Shown piece after piece: positions 45,293 to 55,791 of a stretch of DNA of 64,000 nt (its first letter is position 1; each line of letters opens with the position of its first letter). Origin of the DNA: Eutreptiella sp. 'Long Island Sound 2002' (lineage: Eukaryota > Protista > Euglenida). The position numbers and the translations under genes were made by a program. The stretch covers positions 164,672,001-164,736,000 of the forward strand of contig OZ038378.1 of assembly GCA_964036045.1 (NCBI GenBank), read 5' to 3'. The notes beneath the pieces were generated by a model. That model was not told where the DNA came from. It worked only from the letters and a program-made list of their open reading frames with translations, and did no database searches.

Positions 45293-48200
45293 ATGCCACT
45301 GCCGCGATGGAAAGGGCCAGTGTCTACCACAGTGCTGCTGATCGTATTGTGCACAGTTCCGCATGCCGCTCCGGGGTTTTTGCGTGGGGACGCGAATGTG
45401 GACTACAACCGCTGTTGTTGCGTCTCCAGTCCTGTTGCCGAAGGCTGTACATACTCGACAGAAGGGTCCTTCTTGACGGTGACGGGCGTGGGAAGTTATG
45501 TGCTTTGTTCCGAAAGGTGCGCGGCGGATTCTGAATGCGTGGCCTGGACGTGGCAGAGAGGAACCACAACCTGCACACTGCTGAGCTCCATCGCTGTAGC
45601 AACGCAGGATTGTTCATTTGGCATCGCCGCCGCGGCCAGTGCTGAATGCAGTACCGGTACAGCCACACCCAGCCCCACACCCACAGCCGCACACAGCGCG
45701 ACGCTCACCTGCAGTCCCACGCGCTCCTCCAGCCCCACATCTACCTCCAGCCCCTCATCCACCACCAGCCTCACACCCACCTCCAGCCCCTCTCTCACTA
45801 TCAGCCCAACGCCCACGCCCACTCCGAGCCCCACATCCACTTTCAGCCTCACACCCACACCCACACCCACACCCACAGCCACACACAGCTCGACGCCCAC
45901 CTGCACTCCCACGGGCTCCTCCAGCCCTACATCCACCTCCAGCCCCACATCGACCTCCAGCCCCACATCCACCTCCAGCCCCACAGCTAGCTTCAGCCCC
46001 TCATCTACCTCCAGCCCCTCATCCACCTTCAGCCCCACATCCACCTCCAGCCCTACAGCTAGCTCCAGCCCCACACTCACACCCAGCCCAACACCCACCT
46101 CCAGTGCAACACCCTCCAGTGCAACACCCACCTCCAGCCCCACCCCCAGCCCTACACATACCTCCAGCCCCACACCCACACCCACGTGGAGCCCCAAACA
46201 CACGTCCAGCTCCACATCCACCACCAGCCTCACACCCACCTCCAGCCCCTCTCTCACTATCAGTCTGACACCCACGCCCACCCCTAGCCCCACACCTACC
46301 TTCAGCCTCACACCCACCTCCAGCCCCTCTCTCACTATCAGTCTGACACCCACGCCCACTCCGAGCTCCACACCCACCTTCAGCCTCACACCCACCTCCA
46401 GCCCCACACCCACAGCTACACACAGCTCGACGCCCACCTGCAGTCCCATTCGCTCCCCCAGCCCTACATCCACCTCCAGCCCCACATCCACCATCAGCCC
46501 CATATCCACCTCCACCCCCACACCCACATGGAGTCCCAAATACACGTCCAGCTCCACATCCACCTCCAGCCCCACATCCACCTCCAGCCCTACAGCTAGC
46601 GCCAGTACCACACTCACAACCAGCTCAACACCCACCTCCAGTGCAACACCCACCTCCAGCCCCACACTCAGCCCCACCCCTACCATGAGCCCCACCCCCA
46701 CCCCCACACCCACCTTGAGTTTCATATACACCCCCAGCCCCACACCCACCTCCAGCCCCACACCCACAGCTACACCCAGCTCGACGCCCACCTGCAGTGC
46801 CACGCTCACCTGCAGCCCCCCACCCACCCCCAGCCCCACATTCACAGCCACGGCCACAGCCACTCCCACCTGGAGTCCCATATATACCCCCAGCCGCACA
46901 CCCACCTCCAGCCCCTCTTGCACCTCCAGCCCCACACTCACCTTCAGCCCCTCTATCACTATCAGCCCCACAGACACCTGCAGCCCCACAGCCCCCTGCA
47001 GCCCCACACCCACTGCAAGCCCCACCTGGTCCTTCAGGCCCCCCCAAACCACCAGCCCCACAACCACGTTTAGCCCCACACCCACCTCCAGCCCCTCTCT
47101 CACTATCAGCCCCTCACCCAGTTCCAGCCCCACACCCATTTTCAGCCCCACTTCAAGCTCCACTCATACCAGCAGCCCCACAGCCTCATTGACCCCCCCC
47201 GCCACTACAAGTCCAAGCGCCACTGCCACAGGCCTGCGAACACCAATATCGAGTCACACGCCCACCCCAAGCTCCACTTTTATCCCAACCGCTGCATCTG
47301 CTCACAGCCTCACGTCCAGCCTCAGCCTTACTCCCAGCGCAAGCCCTTCCCCTCTTCCCAGCGGCACAGCAAGCGCCAGCCCTACATCCTTACCCAGCCT
47401 GACAACAACCTCCAGCCCTACCAGGACAATCAGCACGTGCACACCCACACCTTCAAACGCCGCGTACAACATCACTTCTCTGATGGCCATCACGTTCCGC
47501 GCTTCCAGTGACCTCCTTTCTGCGCAAGACGTGGCTGCGCTCGAAGAAGGGCATGCTAGCTGGGTGCAAGCCGTGCAGTCTGCCTCATCTGGGCCCCGGC
47601 GGTCTGGAATGAGCACCAGCCGTCTGCAGGTGTGGAGCATGGGCACAGACCCTTCATTCTGCGACGCAGTCCTGCTGCAATACAGCCTCGTGAGCAACAT
47701 AGGCCCTGCCCCCAGTGCTACGCAGCAGCAGTCGAACGCGGAGGCCCTGGTCAGAAACCGCGAGAGTCTGGACGGCCACCTCGCCTTGGCGCGCCTTGGG
47801 AATTCCCGCATCCGCGGGCCCTGGCTTGCAGACAGCGCGCCGCTGTGCCCCTGTACTACCCTCAGCAAAGCCGTCGTACTTGCGAACGGGCTCTATGGAC
47901 GTCCGGAGGGGAGTGGGTCAGTGGCCCCGGTGGCGCGCTCCGATGTGCTGGTGCAGCTCCTGCCCGAGGGCGTCGTCACGGACCCCGCCCAATCTATCGA
48001 GCTCGTCGCCACCATCCGCCGCGTCGACTGCTGCGCCGTGAACTTCACAGTGCGCGTGGAATGGCAGTGCCTCGTGGAGGCGCGGGACGTCCTGCCCGGC
48101 CTTCTGGGGTCCGGGATGGCGCGGCATGTTCCTGGGCCCGGCCTGCGGCTCGGGTCCGGGGCGCTGCGGCCGGGCGCGACCGTCGCTCTCCGCGTGTGGC

Positions 48201-48794
48201 CGGGTGCCGCGCGGGGCGCGGGGTGGGCCCAGCCCATCACCGTCACGCGGGCCGTCGCCGGCCCGGCCCCCGCGGCGCCGCTGCGCAGCGCGGTCGCGCC
48301 CCGGGTCGGGGCGGCCTGGCGCACACGCTTCACCGTGTCGGTGACGCCGTGCCTCCCGCGCCAGCACCGCTTCTTCTACGAGCTCGGGGGCCGCCGGCAC
48401 ATCATCCTCGACGACATCCGCTGCAGCGCCCCCGCCACGCAGCTGCCCGCGGGGGTGACGCGCGTCGGCGTGTGCCAAGTCCCGGAAGGCGTCGATAACG
48501 AGGGCGATTACGAGGCCGAGGAAGATGAGGAAGATGAGGCCGAGGAAGATGAGCCCCTCTGCAGCCTGTGCGACGTCCGCGTGCTGAACGGCAGCCTGAG
48601 TGCGGAGGCCGTCGCCGCGTGGTTCGGGGCCCTCAGGGCCCTGCCCACCCTCCGCAACTGGACGTTCGAGGCGTGCCCCACGCTCCCCGCGCTGGAGCTG
48701 GTCCCGGAGACGGCTGAGCGGCAGGCCCTCAAGCTGCAGCTGACGCAGGAGGTGGATTGGGGCCTGGAGAGGGAGATCGACGGTCACGCCCACG
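45293..48794 (+). CDS. Receptor exon 1: signal peptide, PAN/apple-like module, ~600-aa S/T/P mucin stalk, REJ-like region
   Basis: [25 protein letters not shown] (PAN pattern C…C…C.AWTW…C). Mucin built of 18-bp agccccacatccacctcc-type units (~45655-47450). TRFTVS…FFYE…QLPAG is REJ-like. Confidence 0.8.
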
Positions 48795-51700
48795 GTAGTA
48801 TCCCTCTGACATCTCTGCCCCCTCCTTTGAAGTACCCTCGCCCCCCCATGTCCATCCTCCCCTCTTGTCCATCCACACCCCCCCCCCCCCGTCCATCCCC
48901 CCCCCCTGTCCATCCCCCCCCCCCCTGTCCCTCCCCCTGGGGGGGAACTGTCACTTGGCGACAGTCCCCCCCCCCCCCCCAGCTCCCGTCCCTGTGGGGG
49001 GGATGGACATGGGGGGGGGAGGGTAGCTACTGCTGTAGTTTGGTCTCGTGCCGCCGGGTGATCGGGTGATAGTAGGACCGTTTGCCATCGTGCGTGCGCG
49101 TGTACGTAGGCTGCGATCTTGTGTAGCCCACCTACAGGGCGCCCTGGCACGGCGCAATCCAAGAAGACCACAGAAATGAACTACATTGCCCAAATCCCTC
49201 TCATGGGTTCTCAACTCACCTCATGTCACATCTACAAAACAATGATGTCAACAATAAAACACAAAACCACACAAATGCACTGTTTTGAGGTTCCCGACGT
49301 GTGACATACTTTGTTCACTGATGCGGGCGAGTTGGTACGCCCGCTTTGCTGCGCTCAGGTGCTCTGCTCGCTCTCACCCCCGCCAACCTCACGGCCGTGC
49401 CCCCGGGCTGCCGCGCGGTGCTGGCCTACGAGAGCGTGACGCAGTTCTCCTTCCGCACGGCGGCGTACCCCGGGGACCGTTCCCCCGAGACGCAGCTGCT
49501 GCGCTCCTCCATCGCCTTCGTCCTCGACCTCGAACCCGAGTGGGTGCACGTCTGCGGGCTGTCCCCCGGCGAAGCGCCGCCAACGTACGACCCCGGCCTC
49601 GCGTGCGCCGGCTCCCCAAACGTCGCGTCCGCCGCGTCCGCGCCGCAAGCGGGCGTCGCACCAGAGGCGCCGCCACCGCCGGATCCGGGGCCCGACTCGC
49701 CCGCCAAGGCCCACCCCCGCAGTCCCGCAGGCCGGGCCGTGATGGTGTACCTCGCCCGATGCTGCCTGGCGGCACTCCGCGGGGTCGAGGTCCTCCTGCG
49801 GGAGGCGCTGCTCCCTGTCCCCGGCGCCCCCCTCACCCAGTGGCTCGTCGTCACGCCGCCCCTGAGGCTGCCCCTCGTCGCCTCCGCCTGCGCCGCCGCC
49901 GTGAGCCACCTGCTGTTCCTGACGCAGGGGGACGTGGGGGTGGCGCTGCAGGACCACCTCCTGCGCCGCACCCTCCCGCGCATCGCCTCCACGCGCCTCT
50001 GCGTGCGCGCGGCCGCCCCCCTCGGCAGCGCGCTGCAGCTGGTCCAGAACGTCGTGACGGCGGTGCACGACACGACGCGGGCCGCCGCCGACGACGCCGC
50101 GCTGACCCGCGAGGCCGCGCGCTTCGGCCAGGCGCTGCGGGAGATCGACGCGCTGGCGGCCGCGCAGCACACGCCCGACCCGGAGCACGTCGGCGGGCCC
50201 GAGGGCGCACGGGAGGGCCCTGCGTCATTCGCCTGGAGCGCCGACTCTGGGGACCCCGATCTGTCGGTCAACATCACCGCCGTCCCCGCGGAGGCGCTGA
50301 GCGCGTGCTACACGGCGCTGGTCCCCTTCTGCTTGGCACAGGGCGTCGAGGACGTGGCATTGGCAAGCGGGTACGCAGAAGTCATCGTCGTCGCGGTGGA
50401 GGTGTCGCCGGTGCTCGTGGCCCCGGAGGAGGGCCCGGCCCTCGCGCACCCACACGGGCGGCTGCGGCAGAGCGGGGGCCGGACGCTGGCGGCCGTCAGC
50501 GACGTGCTGTCCGTCACGCTGCTCGGCCGGAGCGCGCGCGGCGCGCCGTGGGAGCCGCTGACCGTCGAGGGCGTGCCGGGGGCCGTGGTGATGGACTTCA
50601 CGGTGGACGCCGCCGTCCCGGACTCGGAAGGCGGGACGGTGCCGGCGGGGGACGAGAGCGTGTGCCAGTTCTTCGACCGCGCGAACGCGACCCGCGCGGC
50701 GTGGTCCACCGCCGGCTGCGAAGTGCTCGGCACGTTCCCGGGCAACGTCACCCGGTGCGCGTGCGACCACCTCACGGAGTTCCGGGCTGCGCGCCTCATG
50801 CCCATGCCTAACACCGTCTCCACGCGGCACCTACTGGACGCCTTCGACATGGCCCAGGTCGCGTGGGTGTGGGCGGGCCTGCTGGCGCCCCTGTACGCCC
50901 TGGCCCTGTGCCTCGGGGCGCTCGCCCACCGCCGCTACGACGCCCGGCGGTGCGAGTTCCTCGTCAAGTACTTCCCGCCCTCCCTTTCGGACAAGGGCCC
51001 CAGCGCCGCTGCGCCCGACATTTCATTGGTGTTCTGCCGCACCGACAGCGACGCCTCCGACGGCTGCGCGGACCCTTCGGAGCAGCACAGGCCCTGGGGG
51101 CCGCGGTTGGACGCGGTGAGCGGCGACTTGCGCCGGCCGCTGTGCCACCAGACCGCCACGCCCCCCGCGTCCCGCTGCCGGGGCTTCGTGCGGTTGCTGG
51201 CGGCCAGTCACGTGTACGCGTCGCTGTTCCTCTTCGACGTCACATCGGCGGTCACGGTGGTGCCCCGGGTCCTGGGCCTTTTGGCCGCCGTCCTGACCAC
51301 CATCCTCCTCATGGCCCTGTGGTTCGCGGCGGTCGATGCCACGAACGTGTTCGTCGTCATGTTTCAACTGCTGGTCATTGTTGTCCTCAACTCTGTCGTC
51401 ATGGCCCTTGTGACGAAGGCCCTGCGGCATCCCTTTCTGCTGTGCAGGTGTGAGGAGTACGGGGTTTAGGTTAGACACCGGGGTATGCAGCAGGCTTCTC
51501 AGTCTCAGACAGGGGCCTTTCAGCCCACGCAGGAGAGTGCAGGTTCCTGCGGTCTTCTCTTTGTTTATTTATTTGTTCATTTATTTGGTTTAGTATTAGT
51601 TAGTAGTAGTTATTAGTTAGTATTAGTTAGTTCGTTATTATTATTGTTTAGTTAGTGTTATTAGTTAGCCATCAGTCAGTTATTAATTAGTTATTAGTCA

Positions 51701-54700
51701 GTTATTGGTCAGTTATTAGTCAGTTATTGGTCACTTATTAGTAAGTTGTTAGTTAGTTATTAGTTTAGTACTAGTTTAGTATTAGTTTAGTATTAGTTTA
51801 GGATTTAGGCCTCAGTGCAGAATCGTCAGTGCTGCTTTGGAACACTGAGAATATTGGCCGGAAGTGCCCAGGCGGGGGCATCCAGTATCTTGCTACCGAC
51901 CGCATTGTGCCCCCGTTCTGCTGTGCAGGGGCCACTGGACGCTGCGCGGCATGGTGGCCTGCCCGCGGCCAGCCCCGGTGGAGCGCGCCGCGCTGCGCCT
52001 CGTGGCCCCGCGGGTGGAGGACGCGGCGGGGTCGGTCCGATGGGACCCGGACGCCATGCAGTACGTGGCCCAGCAGGCGGAGAATGCGCTGGTGGCGGAG
52101 CACCTGCGCTGCCTCGCGTGCAGCGCGCGCGGCGAGCCCTACCCGACGACCGGCCTGATGAGCGGGATGAAGCCCCTGTTCGCCTTCGAGCCCCCCCCCG
52201 ACGTGTGCCTGGACGCCTACCGCGTCGCCGCCCTCGCGGCCCTGCAGGGGCTCATGTCCCACGCGGTGGAACTGGCTGCGGAGGCGCTGGCCCTCGCCAA
52301 CCCGGACTTCCGCACGCTGTACGGCCGCCCGGGCTTCCTCGACGGTAGCCTCCTCTTCGCCGCAGCCCTGCGCAACGTCAGCGAGTGCCACATGGCGCTG
52401 CACGAGCGCCGCTGCGCCGTCTCCGCCGAGCTGGACAAGCTGCTGCGGTGGGAGGGCGTCGCCCCGGGGGAGGAGGCCTTCGGGGGGGAGTGGGAGGGCT
52501 GCGACCCGAGGCCCTCCGGAGTGGAGGCCCTGGCGGCGGGACGGGACATGGGCTGCGAGGCCGCCACGTTTGCCGCCCCGGCCGCCGGTGACCCCCCCTT
52601 CCCTCCCCCACCACCGCCGCCACCGCCGCCGCAGCAGCAGCAGCCCAAAGAGATACGCAGCACCACCGACAGCAGTTACCTGTACCTCAGCCCCCCAAAA
52701 TGGGTGCACGAGACGCCCCCCGACCCCGTCCTGCCCCGCGGGGGGCCTCCGTTGCCGGCCGCCGGCCTCCCGTCCCCGGGCCGGCCCGTCACGCACCGCG
52801 ACATCGTCGCGGAGCCGACGCTGGTGGTGTTCCCCGAGGCCGCGGCGAGCGCCCGCCTGACGACCGCGCGGCTGCACAGCGCGGCCGCGGGGGCTGAGGG
52901 GGCCGAGTTTGGCAAGTCGGCGGCGGGTTCCGATGGGGGCCCCGGGGACTTGGTCGGTGACGACGGTCTGGCACCGGCAGCCGCGGTGGCGGACGCGGCG
53001 CGCGGCGACGCGGGCTGGCGACCGCGCGTGGCGTGGGCCATGGCGCAGGAACTGGACCTCTCGCACTTGTGGCCGGGGCACCGCCGGGGGCACGGCTCCC
53101 CGCCGGACCTGTGGGAGCGGGGGCTGGCGGCGGCGCGGGCGGCGAACTTCGCGAAGGCGCTGCTGCTCCTCCAGGACGCGCAGCCCCCCGTCCCGGAGTG
53201 CCTCCAGCAGCGCCCCCCCTCGGGCCCCCTGGCGGCCCTGTTCTGGGCCGTGCTCGCGGCCGAAGAGGCCGGGTACGACGCGGAGTTCGTGCAGCAGTGC
53301 CTCTGGCGGGAGGCGGGGCCGTACCCCGTCCGCGCGCCCCCGGTCCGCGCCGGGCCTGGCGCGGGCGCCGCCCGGCCCTGCGCCGGCCACGCCGCCCGCC
53401 TTGCAGCCGCCGCGGCGGTGCCGGGGCCCCGGGGCCCGCCGCGGGCCGCGCCGGCCTCCCCGCAGCCCCCGCCGCGGCCGCAGTGCCACGGCGCCACGCT
53501 GCTGCTGAACGCCGCGCTGGGGGCGCGGCGCGTGATCTACGTGGACTGCAACGCGGCGGGGGCGCGGCAGACTGGCTCCGCCCTGCACCCCTTCGGCACG
53601 CTGCAGGTCTGGCCTTCGCTGCTCACTGGCTCGGGGGAGGGGTGGACGCTGGTTGGGGCGGGGGCGTTGCGCCGGTGCCTTCTGCCCCCCCCCCCCCCCC
53701 TCCGCCACTGCCCCCATCCCTCCCCGTCCCCGCCCCAGGGATGCATCAGAAGGGAAGGGGCATTCGCCTTTTCAAGTCCTGGACGCTAGTGCGATTGAGG
53801 GGTTCAGAGGGTTAGCGGGTGAGAGCTCATCTATATACAGCTGTATACAGATATATAAGGCCCTTACCCCCCCCGCCCCCCCCAGCGTATCGCGGCGCGA
53901 CGGAAGGACCTTGGCCTCCATCCTATGTGGGATCCTCCGAGGAGCGACCCTGCCCAGATCGCGGGCTGTGCGCTCCCCCATCCGCGCCCGCAGATGCAGG
54001 TGCGGCTGTGGGGGGTTGGGCGCTCCCCCCTCCCGATGACTGCACCTGCCGAGTGAAGCCCAGGCTCAAGAGCCCCCCCCCGCGGGGCGGCAGACGGGCT
54101 GCCGCATTCCTGCGTTGCACGGGGCGCCCCTGACGGTCCGCCCCACGCGCTGCCCTGCCCCCCCGTGTCGCACTGCCGCGCTCCTGCGCCCGCCCTGCCC
54201 GCCCACGGAGGGAGGGGGGGGGGCTGCGCCGCGCCGGGGGGGGAGCAGAACCACCCTGTCCCCGACCCTGGCCCTGTCCCTGACACCCCTGACCCAGGGC
54301 AGCAGCCTCTGGCTGCCCCTGTGCGTGCACCACAGAAAGAGGCGCAGCAGCCTGCTGCCCCAGACCCCGCCCTGCAGCACCCTGCTGCCCCGGATCGCTG
54401 AGGGGTGGGGAGGCACCTCTGCCCTGCCCATCCCGTGGCCAACCTGCAGTCCCCTGACACCCCTGATCCAGGACAGCAGCCCCTGGCTGCCCCCGTGCCT
54501 GTACCACAGAAAGAGCTGCAGCACCCTGCTGCCCCAGACCCTGTCCTGCAGCACCCTGCTGCCCCTGGTCGCTGGGGGGTGGGGAGGCACCTCGACCCTG
54601 CCCATCCCGAAGCCACCCTGCAGCCCCCTGCCGCTCGCGGGGCGGAGGTGGGTCACCCTGTGACCCATCCGCCCGCGCCGCATCAAGTAGCGCGGCCGAG

Positions 54701-55791
54701 ATGGAGCCAAAAACGTCCGCGAGGCTCGCGCGCCCCCGTCCCTGCCCCCCGCCCCCGCCGCGGGACGTGCCCATAGTAGGAGAGGGGGAGGGCAGTGAAG
54801 TCGTGGCCGACGCATCAGAAGGGAAGGGGCCTCAGAGGCGGCCCCAGCAGCAGTTAGGCAGGCGGTTGGAGGAGGTTGCCAAAGCGGTTGGGGGCGGTTA
54901 CTGTCGGTTACAAATGCCATTGAGCCTGGCACTGGGCGTCAGGGGGACGGTGGCTGGGCATAGGCTGGGCGCCCTGGAGGCGGGGGGGCTCTCCCCCTTC
55001 CAATGCATCCCCGCCCCCATCGTTGCCGTCCCCAGCCCCCTCCCCGTCTCCATCCGCGGCGTCCTCGGCGCCCTCCTTCTCTGCAGACGGCGCTGCGGCG
55101 GTGCCGCCACGGCGACACGGTGCTGCTGCTGCCGGGCCGGTACCCGAGCGTGGTCCTCAGCGACCTGGACGCCACGGTGGCGCTGCCCCTGCACATCCGC
55201 GGCGTGGCGGAGCGCCTCGTGATGATTGGCGGCACCCGCGACGCGCCCGCCGTGCGCGTGCGGCGCTGCCGGGCCGTGGCGCTGTCCTGCATGCGGCTGC
55301 GCGACGCCCAGTGCGGCGTCGAGGTGGACGCGGAGTCCATCCACATCCGGATCTCCAACATCGCGGTGCTGGACTGCTCCCGCTGCCTGAGCCTGCCCTC
55401 GAAGCACCTGCACTGCATCGAGGTCACGGACGTCCGGTTCCACTGCGGCGACTCGACGGCAAAGAGGGCCTGGGACTGGCTGACGGACGATCGCCCTTTG
55501 ACGGTGTGGCCCTGGGTCGCGCAGGTGCCCCTCGGCGTTGCGGTGGTGTGCTACATCGCGGGCTGCTCCCTCGTCGTCCTGATGTTCGCCGCGCGGTTCC
55601 ACGAAGACGGGGGCCTCGGCAAAGTGCAGGACTTCGTCGTCAAAGTCTGGACCTCGCTGCTGATCGACGCCTTCCTGAAGCAGCCGGCGCTGCGCCTGGT
55701 GCAGTGGGTTTGGACGGCCCTCCCCTTCTCCTTCTGCGGACCCGTCCTCCTCCGCTTCACGAAGGCGGGGGATATCTTCCTGCACGGATAA
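45293..55791 (+). CDS. Polycystin-1/REJ-like GPS-domain receptor (~2657 aa): SP-PAN-mucin-REJ-like-GPS-3TM-loop with beta-helix-2TM
   Basis: join(45293..48794,49359..51447,51929..53606,55087..55791) = 7974 nt in frame. GT-AG introns of phase 1, 2 and 0 (alternative first donor at 48782). GPS motif CQFFD…WSTAGC…[11 protein letters not shown]; polycystin-like HVYASLF…RVLGL and [10 protein letters not shown]. Confidence 0.8.
49359..51447 (+). CDS. Receptor exon 2: GAIN-like region, GPS motif, TM1-TM3
   Basis: GPS at 50663-50782 with intact H-L-T; three hydrophobic helices follow. Confidence 0.85.
51929..53606 (+). CDS. Receptor exon 3: long loop ending in the beta-helix N-cap
   Basis: GC-rich ORF; ends [10 protein letters not shown]…[11 protein letters not shown]. 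Confidence 0.78.
54278..54626 (+). repeat. 174-bp tandem duplication in receptor intron 3
   Basis: Units start at 54278 and 54452 (ccctgacacccctga…); the period is a multiple of 3. Confidence 0.85.
54809..55009. mobile_element. ~200-bp MITE-like element with imperfect TIRs
   Basis: gacgcatcagaaggg…cccttccaatgcatc (12/15 inverted). Related fragments occur at 53739-53760 and, inverted, at ~28510-28570. Confidence 0.55.
55087..55791 (+). CDS. Receptor exon 4: pectin-lyase-like beta-helix + TM4-TM5
   Basis: [19 protein letters not shown] completes the YV…GS…PF.T…A…GDT…PG.Y beta-helix signature across the intron. Two hydrophobic helices follow; TAA at 55789-55791. Confidence 0.8.
   Translation, partial: TALRRCRHGDTVLLLPGRYPSVVLSDLDATVALPLHIRGVAERLVMIGGTRDAPAVRVRRCRAVALSCMRLRDAQCGVEVDAESIHIRISNIAVLDCSRCLSLPSKHLHCIEVTDVRFHCGDSTAKRAWDWLTDDRPLTVWPWVAQVPLGVAVVCYIAGCSLVVLMFAARFHEDGGLGKVQDFVVKVWTSLLIDAFLKQPALRLVQWVWTALPFSFCGPVLLRFTKAGDIFLHG

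Noticed and set aside
45496-47163. 555-aa V/G/L/E-rich minus-strand ORF
   Set aside because: Reverse complement of the S/T/P mucin repeat.
48795-49069. Pro-rich C-terminus of the 1265-aa ORF
   Set aside because: Read-through into intron 1 (C-runs); splicing to 49359 restores the receptor architecture.
51548-51805. TTAG-rich tract as interstitial telomere
   Set aside because: Irregular TTAG/TTATTAG low-complexity sequence without tandem TTAGGG.
51798-53717. 639-aa minus-strand ORF (and similar ones at 18084-19241 and 47918-49171)
   Set aside because: Shadow ORFs opposite GC-rich exons that have clear homology on the + strand.
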